Source of the DNA: Eledone cirrhosa
Taxonomy: Eukaryota
Reading direction: 5' to 3'
Assembly: GCA_964016885.1 (NCBI GenBank)
Contig: CAXHJY010000257.1
Coordinates: 62,001-126,000 of the forward strand
Length of the DNA: 64,000 nucleotides
Shown: one piece after another, positions 14,678-29,850 of the stretch
Layout: each line of letters opens with the position of its first letter
Numbering within the stretch: position 1 is the first letter of the stretch
Translations under genes and position numbers: made by a program
The notes under the pieces: model-generated
Seen by the model: only the letters and a program-made list of their open reading frames with translations
Database searches by the model: none
What the model was told of the DNA's origin: nothing

Positions 14678-17600
14678 ATCATCATCATCATCATCATCAT
14701 CAACGTTTAACGTCCGTGTTCCACGCTTGCATGGGTTTGGACGGGGGTAGTCCCACTTGAGGCAAGAGTGATTGTCTTGCTCGCATAGGACTGTCTGGCA
14801 GGTTTTCTACAGTTGGATGCCCTTCCTAACACCAACCACATTTACAGTGTGGGTCTGGGAGGTTTTTACCGTGTTGCCTACACGGCCACATTACAGCGTG
14901 GACTGTGTGTTTTTTTGTCGTGACACCTACACGATCTCATTTGTTTCGGCCTGGATGGCGCGGCACCAACATAACTTTACATAGAACGGGGTGGTGTGGA
15001 TGGGGTGGGGGTGGCGGCGGGAGGGGTGTATTTTGTTAGAGATGCCTACTGGCAAGGCGGGTCTTCTCTGTTACTGAGTACCGCCAAAGGTCACGGTCCA
15101 GTGACATTGTCTTGGAGAGGTGTAAGTGTGTGAGGTCGGAGTTTATCAGCTCATCCCATGTTTTTCTAGGTCTGCCTATTCCGTGGCTACCGTCTATCTT
15201 TATTGCCCTGCACTTTGTAATACAGCTATCGACTTTCATGCGCATCACGTGTCCATACCAACGCAGCCTTCTCTCGAGTAAACAACATCTGATCCCTCTT
15301 ATCTCTAATTTTTTCCTTAGTTCGTTTATGCTTTGCCGTTCACGTATATTACTGTTACACATCCAGCGGAGCATGCAAGCTTCGTTCCTCTCTAGTCTGC
15401 GTATATCCTCTGCACACAATGCCCAGGTCTCACTACCATGCAACATTGCTGTTCGTATGCAGGCATCGTACAACCTGCCTTTCATTTTTAGGGAGAACCC
15501 TTTAGCAGCTAATAGTGGTATAAGCTCTCTGAACTTTTTCCAACCAGTTCTGACTCTAGCTACAGTACTTTCAGAGCACCCTCCCCCACTGCTGATTTTA
15601 TCGCCCAGGTAACGGAAGCTGTCCACTATTTCTATAAAACCCTCTGCGCAATTGAAAGAGCTAGTATTTTGTGGGCACTTGCTGCTACTTATTGCACCAG
15701 AACACCGGCCACATGTAAAGTCTATGTTCTTAGTTAGCTTACCTGTGATCCCACTACATCTTTTATGCACCCATACTTTGCATTTAGGACATAAGATGGA
15801 GTTTCTACCTACGCCTTTCCTACATACCGAGCACGACCATTTCCCAGAAGGGACCGCCGCCTTGTTTTCTTTCCTACAAACTAGAACTTTGGTCTTAGCC
15901 AGGTTAATTTTAAGTCCTTTTGACTCTAGGCCGTGCTTCCATGTTTGGAATTTCTTCTCTAGCTCGGCCATTGATTCCGCTATGAGTGTCAGGTCGTCTG
16001 CGTATAGGAGTTCCCATGGGCAGCCTGTCTTGAACTCCTCTGTTATAGCCTGAAGGGCAATAATAAATAGTAGGGGGCTGAGAACAGAGCCCTGATGGAC
16101 GCCAACTTTTACGCTAAACTCTTCACTATATTCGTTGTTAATTCTAACCTTGCTGACTGTTTCTTTATACATGGCTTGTATAGCCCTCACAAGCCATTCG
16201 TCAACGCCTAGTTTTCTAAGAGCCCACCAGATAATGGAGCGGGGGACTCTGTCGAAGGCTTTCTCCAGGTCGACAAAAGCTAAGTAGAGGGGTTTACCTT
16301 TAGCTAGGTACTTCTCCTGTAGTTGTCGTACTATGAAAAGAGCGTCTGTGGTGCTTTTGCCTGACACAAACCCGAACTGCATTTCATCTAGATCAATTCT
16401 CTCTCTGATTAGTTGCGCTATTACTTTTTCCGTGACCTTCATGACCTGGTCGATTAATTTAATGCCTCTATAGTTACTCCTATCTAGGGCGTCTCCTTTA
16501 CCCTTATAACAGTTAACGATGATGCTGCTATGCCAGTCCTTCGGAACAACCCCATTCTGTACGACTTGGTTAACTATGCGGGTGACCATGGTGTGTCCCA
16601 CCGTGCCAGATGCCTTCAGCATCTCAGCAACTATTTCCGAAGGCCCAGCCGCCTTACCAGTCTTCATATCCTTGATTGCCTTACTTATTATACTCCCCTC
16701 GACTAACACTGCTGGTCCCTCTATCGGGTCGATATGGGGGAGACTGTCTTTCTCCCATTTATTCTCCTCATTTAGTAGCCTTTCATAGTGACACTTCCAA
16801 GCTACCTTCTTATCAGTGTCGGTGATGGCAAGTATGCCATCATCGTTAAGTACACACTTCTCCCCGACAATATCACGGTTTTCCTTGACGCATTGCCTGG
16901 CAATCCTGAACACCTCACGTTTTTGGTCATCGCGTTGTAGAACATGCTTGAACTTTCTTTCCTCAGCTTCCCTTCTTGCTAAGTACACTTCTCTCCTAGC
17001 TTCCCTCCTGGCCACTTGATAGTCTACTCTACTTCCCCCATCCCGCCATACTTTCCAAGCCTGCTTTTTGGCCTTAATTGACCCCTCCACCTTACTGTTC
17101 CACCACCATGTTACTCTCCTCCTGCCTACAGGCCTGCTCCAGCCACAGACTTCGTCTGTCGCCAACAGCAGGTTAGCTTTCAGAAATTTCCACTGTCCCT
17201 CTATATTGTCCGATTCTAGATGCTCTTCCTTACTGTCGAAAGCATCAAGTAATATGCTTTGAAATTTATTTCTGGCTGTGGGGTCTTTTAGTTTCCATAT
17301 TTTCCTCCTGAGGATAGTCCTCTTCTGCTGTCGGGTGCGTCTCGTCCTGACTATGAGGTCGCTAATTATCAGTCTATGTTGGGAGGTGCATTCTTCATGG
17401 GGGAGGGATTTAGTGTTTACAACAGACACTCTGTCACGTCTTCTGGTAAGGATATAATCTACCTGGCTTGTGTGTTCCCCGGATCTATAGGTAATCAGGT
17501 GATTGTCACGTTTTTTGAAGTTAGTGTTACAGATAGTTAGGTTATTTGCATCACAGTATTCCAGAATTCTGGAGCCTTCCTCATTTCTAGTACCAAACCC

Positions 17601-18330
17601 ATAGCCTCCATGGATTTCGTCATAGCCGTCACAATGTTGTCCAACGTGACCATTTAGGTCGCCTGCAATAATTATATAGTCACTGTCAGATATTTGGGAG
17701 GTAGTTAGCAACAGTGTCTCATAGAATCTGTCTTTTATAGTGCCGGGCAGTCCGGATTGGGGTGCGTACGCAGATATTACTGTCACCGTAGTTCTATTGA
17801 GGACAAGTCTTATTTTAATTATTCTGTCGTTCACTCTATTTACGTCTATTATCTTATCTGCCCACTTTTCTGCTACCATGATTCCTACTCCACCCAGCCC
17901 ATCGTCGTTTCCCACCCAGAAAAGCTTATAACATCGTTTTTTACCCTCAATGAATCTAGCAGACCCACCCCTCCACCTGGTCTCTTGAATACAACAAACA
18001 TCGACCTCCTTACGTTCAAGCATTTCTACAACCTCGTTAGCGCGACCCTTTAGGGTGCCTACATTTATGGTACCAACTCTGAAGTTTTGGATCGCGTTTG
18101 GAGGGTGGGGGTGGTGTGGGGCGGGGGGAGATGGGGTTATGTTAGCCATCCGCGGGCGAAACAAAGAAGAGTGCTCGCGTTCTCGTCCACGAGGTGAATT
18201 TGACTTTAGCATTGGCATTTTCGCTCTGGGCGTCCAGATTTTTCTCTCCCTTCCACTCTCCAAGGATTCCGCAGTCCGTCCGTCCATCCATCCATCCATC
18301 ATATATCGAAGGCAACCGGGCAAGCGATAG
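14678..18330 (-). mobile_element. RTE-1 copy 2, full-length coding region
   Basis: Uninterrupted APE-RT ORF with YADDL, 3'UTR and (GAT)n tail. Confidence 0.95.
15036..18323 (-). CDS. Intact RTE APE endonuclease-reverse transcriptase with PHD finger insert (true start uncertain, possibly MANITP at 18149)
   Basis: 1095-aa ORF, all EN/RT motifs present. Confidence 0.9.
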   Translation of the reverse strand: MPGCLRYMMDGWMDGRTAESLESGRERKIWTPRAKMPMLKSNSPRGREREHSSLFRPRMANITPSPPAPHHPHPPNAIQNFRVGTINVGTLKGRANEVVEMLERKEVDVCCIQETRWRGGSARFIEGKKRCYKLFWVGNDDGLGGVGIMVAEKWADKIIDVNRVNDRIIKIRLVLNRTTVTVISAYAPQSGLPGTIKDRFYETLLLTTSQISDSDYIIIAGDLNGHVGQHCDGYDEIHGGYGFGTRNEEGSRILEYCDANNLTICNTNFKKRDNHLITYRSGEHTSQVDYILTRRRDRVSVVNTKSLPHEECTSQHRLIISDLIVRTRRTRQQKRTILRRKIWKLKDPTARNKFQSILLDAFDSKEEHLESDNIEGQWKFLKANLLLATDEVCGWSRPVGRRRVTWWWNSKVEGSIKAKKQAWKVWRDGGSRVDYQVARREARREVYLARREAEERKFKHVLQRDDQKREVFRIARQCVKENRDIVGEKCVLNDDGILAITDTDKKVAWKCHYERLLNEENKWEKDSLPHIDPIEGPAVLVEGSIISKAIKDMKTGKAAGPSEIVAEMLKASGTVGHTMVTRIVNQVVQNGVVPKDWHSSIIVNCYKGKGDALDRSNYRGIKLIDQVMKVTEKVIAQLIRERIDLDEMQFGFVSGKSTTDALFIVRQLQEKYLAKGKPLYLAFVDLEKAFDRVPRSIIWWALRKLGVDEWLVRAIQAMYKETVSKVRINNEYSEEFSVKVGVHQGSVLSPLLFIIALQAITEEFKTGCPWELLYADDLTLIAESMAELEKKFQTWKHGLESKGLKINLAKTKVLVCRKENKAAVPSGKWSCSVCRKGVGRNSILCPKCKVWVHKRCSGITGKLTKNIDFTCGRCSGAISSSKCPQNTSSFNCAEGFIEIVDSFRYLGDKISSGGGCSESTVARVRTGWKKFRELIPLLAAKGFSLKMKGRLYDACIRTAMLHGSETWALCAEDIRRLERNEACMLRWMCNSNIRERQSINELRKKLEIRGIRCCLLERRLRWYGHVMRMKVDSCITKCRAIKIDGSHGIGRPRKTWDELINSDLTHLHLSKTMSLDRDLWRYSVTEKTRLASRHL

Positions 18331-18519
18331 TATAGGCCTCTGGCTTATGATTTGGTCCGCGTAATAATAATAATGGTGATGCGTGGGGGTGGGGGTGGGT
18401 GGCTCTGGCTTAAAATAATGGTGGTGATGCGGGGGGGGGGGGTCTGGCTTATGATTGGTCCACGTATTAAGTATGGTGGCGTGTGGGGGCGGGAGGGAGG
18501 GGTGTGGGGTAGCTAGCTG

Positions 18520-18784
18520 GAAGGTTATGAATGTTTAACAAGCGATTTAACAAAAAGCAAAACTGCAAGATTTGTTCTGTTCAATACGACAAAAACACCG
18601 TATTTAAACCTTAAATAGATAACAAAAAAATACAGATTTCGGATTTTGCGAGATTGGATGTTTGTTTGGACTGTGTACGGAATTGAGCGTGGAAATGGAG
18701 AGAAGGATTGTACTTTACGGTTTACATGAGTCCATCATAGAAATAATTGAAGCAAAGTGGATAAACATGAAGGAAAACTTATCT

Positions 18785-18825
<41 letters not shown>

Positions 18826-19293
18826 CTAAGCGGGAGATAGAGGGGAAGAAAGAGAGGGGGGGGGAGATAGTGGCTGACCGCAGCCCCCTCGTGGAGAAGC
18901 AGGAGGGTGAAGGGGTGGATCGGCTTTTTGACTTTCAAGTAGCATACTATATATATTTAAAGTAATTTATAAGTAGAATGGGGAGGATTTTGTTTTTTTT
19001 TGTTTGAGAATACGATAGAATTAAGATAGAAGGTTATGAATGTTTAACAAGCGATTTAACAAAAAGCAAAACTGCAAGATTTGTTCTGTTCAATACGACA
19101 AAAACACCGTATTTAAACCTTAAATAGATAACAAAAAAATACAGATTTCGGATTTTGCGAGATTGGATGTTTGTTTGGACTGTGTACGGAATTGAGCGTG
19201 GAAATGGAGAGAAGGATTGTACTTTACGGTTTACATGAGTCCATCATAGAAATAATTGAAGCAAAGTGGATAAACATGAAGGAAAACTTATCT

Positions 19294-19334
<41 letters not shown>
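18520..19334. repeat. ~300-bp direct repeat pair (18520-18822 / 19029-19334), period 509, upstream of RTE-1 copy 2
   Basis: Near-identical text GAAGGTTATGAATGTTTAACAAGCG...ATATATGTGTG in both copies. Confidence 0.9.
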
Positions 19335-19345
<11 letters not shown>

Positions 19346-19392
19346 TATATATATATATATGTATATATATATGTATATATATATATATATAT

Positions 19393-19738
19393 ATCATCAT
19401 CTCATCATCATCATCTCATTTTACGTCCACTTTTCCCTGCTTGCAAGGGTGGGACGGGAACTGATTCTGGCTTGATTTCTACAGCTGGATGCCCTTCCTA
19501 ACACCAACCTCATTTACAGTGAGTGCTGGGTGCTTTTTTGCCGTGGCACCTCCACGACCACTTTACAGTGGAATGATAGGGACTGGGGTCCCTATCTCAT
19601 TTCTACAGCTGAGTAAACTGGAGCAATGTGAAATAAAGTGCCTTGCTCAAGGAAACAACACATCACCCGGTCTGAGAATTGAACTCACAACCTTTTGATT
19701 GCAAGGCCAATGCTCTAACCACTAAGCCATGTGCCTCC
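19393..19738 (-). mobile_element. tRNA-derived SINE with RTE-derived middle module and RTE-2-type 3' tail
   Basis: Head GGAGGCACATGGCTTAGTGG...GTGAGTTCAATTC (A/B boxes); tail CCCGTCCCACCCTTGCAAGCAGGGAAAAGTGGACGTAAAATGA matches 59125-59167. Confidence 0.85.
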
Positions 19739-19985
19739 ATGTATATATATATATATGTATATATATATATTTCGTTTCTGAATTTGTTTAGCAAGATTCT
19801 TTATCTGAAATCGTGTGTTGAAACCGATATTGTTATACTTTGGGAGGGTCATGTTGCCAATAAGAAACACACGCACCAGTTGCTTTCACTTCAATTTAAT
19901 TTAATATATATTTATAAATTTACAAATTTATAAATTTCTGGTTGGTTGGTTGGTTCCACAACCAGATAGTTGTTTATATATATAT

Positions 19986-20030
19986 AGTCATAGTTCTTTC
20001 GTCACACACTCTGTGACCTCTTCAGTGACT
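19986..20030 (-). ncRNA. Minimal type I hammerhead ribozyme (PLE-B sense pLTR)
   Basis: AGTCA-CTGAAGA-G GTCACA..TGTGAC-GAAAG AA CTA-TGACT. Confidence 0.85.
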
Positions 20031-20310
20031 GGGGATTTCTTTCTTCGTTTCTGTGCCTTTCCTTTCTTCTATCCTACGCCATTTTGTTTGTGTGTGGGTT
20101 GCGTGCTCAGTTTGCGCATGCGCCACATCCGGGTGTCTGTGTGTGTTTGTGTTCATTTTTCTATTTTTCTATTTATATTTGTTTGTTTATTTATTTATTT
20201 ATTGTTGGTTGGTTGTTTGTTCTATGTGTGTGTGTGTTTTCATTTTGTCTTGTGTGTGTTTTCAATTGTAAGTTGTTTGTTCTATGTGTGTGTGTGTTTT
20301 CATTTTGTCC

Positions 20311-21399
20311 TTAATTGTAAGTTGTGATGTTGCTGTTCCACTCATATTTTCTATTTAATTTTGGTTTTAATTCTTTTATGCTTACTGCCTCTGTAATTTG
20401 CCTAAACATTGCGTCTTTCTTGTGTGTGGATTCTATTTTTATTTCTATGCTCTCTAATTTACCCCTGTGTTCTATCTTAGCATGTTGGTAGAGCACAGAT
20501 GATTCTTTACTATCTTGGAGGTCTCGCCAGTGTTCATTTATTCGTTCCCCTATACTACGAGCTGTCTCACCTATGTACACTATATTTTTGTTTCTACATT
20601 GTCCTTCAGTACATCTTATGCTATATACTACATTTCTAGTTTTACAGTTAATATGGGGGCTTATTTTACAGGTTATACATTTCTTATCTATACATGAGGG
20701 TCTTTGGAACGGGTATGTCTTGCTAATAAGTGTTTTTACGGAGGTACCAGGTCTTTCTACTATCTTAATATTGAGATTATGTTTCTTTAGGGCCCTTCTA
20801 AATTTGTAGGCTAGTTCGCCTCTAGGGGTTGTATTGATGAACATTACACTCTGGTATTTATTGCTATCATACCATGAGTTTATTCTATTGGCCTTGTTCT
20901 TAGTTCTTTCTATTCTATTCCAAAATTTGCTCCTATACAAGGGGCAGGTCCCATTTATGTCATTATTTACCATTTTTTCCCATTTGGTTCTGGCTCCTTT
21001 ATACACTCTGATTCTATCTCTCTGATTGTAGCCAGAGAACTGCATACGGTGGATGAAGTGTTGTATGTGTCTCTCTAGTTCTTCGGGGTTGCACATGCGG
21101 GACACATTTCTCATCACCCGTACCAAATCCGCAATCAGTATGTTGATTTTGGTATGGTCCGAAATGGCCGAGTTTCGGTGGATCAGATGTTTGGAAGTCA
21201 TGGGTTTGGCATAATGGGAATGGAGGATTTGTTTTTGGTTGTTAATAGTATCTAACCAGAGCTCTGTGTCTAGTACAGGTAATCGATGGTTGGGGTGTCT
21301 ACTTGGGTAGTCTATAGTAACTCTAATGCTCTGGTGGATGGAGTTTGCTATTTGCTGGATGCTTTCCATTGTGTTTTTCTCTGGTTCCTGACTGTTCTT
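20311..21399 (-). pseudogene. Truncated PLE RT thumb + GIY-YIG endonuclease
   Basis: Residues ~75-436 of the ORF-track 436-aa ORF; the first ~74 aa come from the inverted pLTR. Confidence 0.85.
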
Positions 21400-21540
21400 T
21401 AGAAAAATAGAAAAATGAACACAAACACACACAGACACCCGGATGTGGCGCATGCGCAAACTGAGCACGCAACCCACACACAAACAAAATGGTGTAGGAT
21501 AGAAGAAAGGAAAGGCACAGAAACGAAGAAAGAAATCCCC

Positions 21541-21585
21541 AGTCACTGAAGAGGTCACAGAGTGTGTGACGAAAGAACTATGACT
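21541..21585 (+). ncRNA. Minimal type I hammerhead ribozyme (PLE-B inverted pLTR)
   Basis: Read directly: AGTCACTGAAGAGGTCACAGAGTGTGTGACGAAAGAACTATGACT. Confidence 0.85.
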
Positions 21586-21740
21586 ATATATATATAAACA
21601 ACTATCTGGTTGTGGAACCAACCAACCAACCAGAAATTTATAAATTTGTAAATTTATAAATATATATTAAATTAAATTGAAGTGAAAGCAACTGGTGCGT
21701 GTGTTTCTTATTGGCAACATGACCCTCCCAAAGTATAACA

Positions 21741-21772
<32 letters not shown>

Positions 21773-21837
21773 GTATATATGTATATATATGTATATATAT
21801 ATATATATGTATATATGTATATATATATATATACATG

Positions 21838-22473
21838 TAAATGAGAGGTATAGAGATTGTTTTAACGAGAAGCTAACAGCATTCTATAACATATGCGACT
21901 ATAACGTCAAGATGGGAAAAGTAGTTAACGTAAGATTTAGGAAAAATAATTCAAACTCATCTCAAAAGAGAATCAGGATACAAATTCATCCACAGAATTT
22001 AGTGCAATCCAGGGAAAAATCAATAGACCTTTAACTCATGATAAAATAAAGTTTAAAACACTTATCCTTCAATTTGGAATAACATCAAATGCTCTGTATA
22101 GTCTTAAAAGACTATTTCATGAAAACTTTCAGTGGAGATGGTCACAGTTGGATTTCATTCATCAGCAGGGCTCTCACAGTATTATAATCCGAAAAAGGGA
22201 ATTCTAAAACTGGCTAGTTCGCCATCATGTGTAGTTATGAAAAAGCACATGGGGAAAAACGGGGCTAGTGACGTCAGGATGTAAGTGAATGTTTATTTAC
22301 AAGAAATAGCAGTCAAATACATTCTGAAAAAAACTCTACAAAAGGAGTTCAGCAAAATAGCAATAATTATCACAGTTTTTATGAAAAAAACCGGGATTAG
22401 TCACAGATAGTTTAAGCACTCTAGGAAAAGAATCCGAGTATAAATATAAATGAGAGGTATAGAGATTGTTTTA
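21838..22473 (-). mobile_element. 609-bp non-coding hammerhead-containing unit with 27-bp terminal direct repeats (retrozyme-like / non-autonomous PLE)
   Basis: TAAATGAGAGGTATAGAGATTGTTTTA at 21838-21864 and 22447-22473; TA arrays on both sides; internal hammerhead. Confidence 0.65.
22091..22171 (-). ncRNA. Type I hammerhead ribozyme with long stem III
   Basis: GCCCTG-CTGATGA-ATGAAA[28 nt]TTTCAT-GAAA-TAGTCT TTTA AGACTA-TA-CAGAGC. Confidence 0.8.
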
Positions 22474-22476
22474 GAC

Positions 22477-27937
<5,461 letters not shown>

Positions 27938-29043
27938 TGTAGTGGGATCACAGGTAGGCTAACTAAGAACATAGATTTTACATGTGGCCGGTGCTCTGGT
28001 GCAATAAGTAGCAGCAAGTGCCCACAAACTACTAGCTCTTTCAATTGCGCAGAGGGTTCTATAGAAATAGTGGACAGCTTCCGTTACCTGGGCGATAAAA
28101 TCAGCAGTGGGGGAGGGTGCTCTGAAAGTACTGTAGCTAGAGTCAGAACTGGTTGGAAAAAGTTCAGAGAGCTTATACCACTATTAGCTGCTAAAGGGTT
28201 CTCACTAAAAATGAAAGGCAGGTTGTACGATGCCTGCATACGAACAGCAATGCTGCATGGCAGTGAGACCTGGGCATTGTGTGCAGAGGATATACGCAGA
28301 CTAGAGAGGAACGAAGCTTGCATGCTCCGCTGGATGTGTAACAGTAATATACGTGAACGGCAAAGCATAAACGAACTAAGGAATAAATTAGAGATAAGAG
28401 GGATCAGATGTTGTTTACTCGAGAGAAGGCTACGTTGGTATGGACACGTGATGCGCATGAAAGTCGATAGCTGTATAACAAAGTGCAGGGCAATAAAGAT
28501 AGACGGTAGTCACGGAATAGGCAGACCTAGAAAAACCTGGGACGAGCTGATAAACTCCGACATCACACACTTACACCTCTCCAAGACAATGTCACTGGAC
28601 CGAGACCTTTGGCGGTACTCAGTAACAGAGAAGACCCGCCTTACCTAAATATATAGTAAAACCTACTCCAGCCAGTAGGCATCTCTAACAAATACACCCC
28701 GTCCCACCACCCCCACCCGATCCACACCACCCCGTTCTATGTAAAGTTATGTTGGTGCCGCGCCATCGAGGCCGAAACAAATGAGATCGTGTAGGTGTCA
28801 CGACAAAAAAACACACAGTCCACGCTGTAATGTGGCCGTGTAGGCAACACGGTAAAAACCTCCCAGACCCACACTGTAAATGTGGTTGGTGTTAGGAAGG
28901 GCATCCAACTGTAGAAAACCTGCCAGACAGTCCTATGCGAGCAAGACAATCACTCTTGCCTCAAGTGGGACTACCCCCGTCCAAACCCATGCAAGCGTGG
29001 AACACGGACGTTAAACGTTGATGATGATGATGATGATGATGAT
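27938..29043 (+). mobile_element. RTE-1 copy 3, 3' fragment (starts inside the PHD insert)
   Basis: [14 protein letters not shown]...EKTRLT, 3'UTR, (GAT)n tail. Confidence 0.95.
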
Positions 29044-29274
29044 ATATATATATGTATGTATATATATATGTATGTATATATATATGTATATATATATATA
29101 TATGTATATATATATGTATATATATATATATATATATACTTAGGTTAATAGGAGTTAGGTATTGTATACCCGTGTCCCATTAAGGTATTGGCAGCATAAT
29201 AATTAGCTCTATGCTTTGGAGCAGAGCCGTATATATGATAAAGAACACAAGAGCGTCTACAACATCAAAAGATT

Positions 29275-29333
29275 TTTATTGGCTTACAATGTTTCTTCCT
29301 TACGTAACCGTAGGATTCGTCAGAGCTATAAAA
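29275..29333 (-). ncRNA. Minimal hammerhead (PLE-C 3' pLTR)
   Basis: TTTTATAGCT-CTGACGA-ATCCTACG GTTA CGTAAGGAA-GAAAC ATT GTA-AGCCAATAAAA. Confidence 0.8.
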
Positions 29334-29664
29334 GTGGTTTGATTGGTGTTATGGCTTCTACCAATCAAACATTCAAGAACAAAGAGTAAAGAGAGTAAAG
29401 AGCAAAAGTAGGGGACGATAAGTCTAATTTTGGTGCGGGAGGGTGGGGTGTGGGTTCCTTGTTTACTAGCTGCGGTCATATTCATTCCCGGGAGTCGAGT
29501 GGTTAGCTGAACCATAGACGGGGTGGCGTTGATAGTAGGGTGCAGAGGGTGTGCAGAGGCTACACAAACACAAAGGGCATACAATATATATATATATAAC
29601 GGAGGAGAAAGTACATGAGGTAATTAGAAATGGAAAAAGAGTAATAATAATAATCTATAATTAA

Positions 29665-29850
29665 TTGTTTCTACTATTGGCACAAGGCCAGAAAATTACC
29701 CAGTACATTACTGGTACTTTATTTTATCGACCCCGTAAGGATGAAAGGCAAAGTTAACCTCGGCGGGATTTGAACTCAGAATGGCAAGGGCCGTAACTCT
29801 ATGCGTCAAAGCATGGCGTCCGAACCTCTGCCGATACTGCCAACCCACCT
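29665..29850 (-). mobile_element. Degenerate tRNA-derived SINE (octopus-type)
   Basis: TTCTGAGTTCAAATCCCGCCGAGGTTAACTTTGCCTTTCATCC...GTCGATAAAATAAAGTACCAGT; B-box-like GTTCAAATCC. Confidence 0.7.

Larger units (their letters stand above)
19771..21744 (-). mobile_element. Penelope-like element PLE-B, 5'-truncated, with inverted pLTR (19827-20171 / 21400-21744)
   Basis: RT C-terminus (LPVLD, HYAKP), CxxxxCxxC linker, GIY-YIG (NVVYSIRC...YIGETARS). Confidence 0.9.

Noticed and set aside
21400-21621. Hydrophobic N-terminus of the 436-aa ORF
   Set aside because: It is the antisense reading of the inverted pLTR, fused by chance to the truncated RT.
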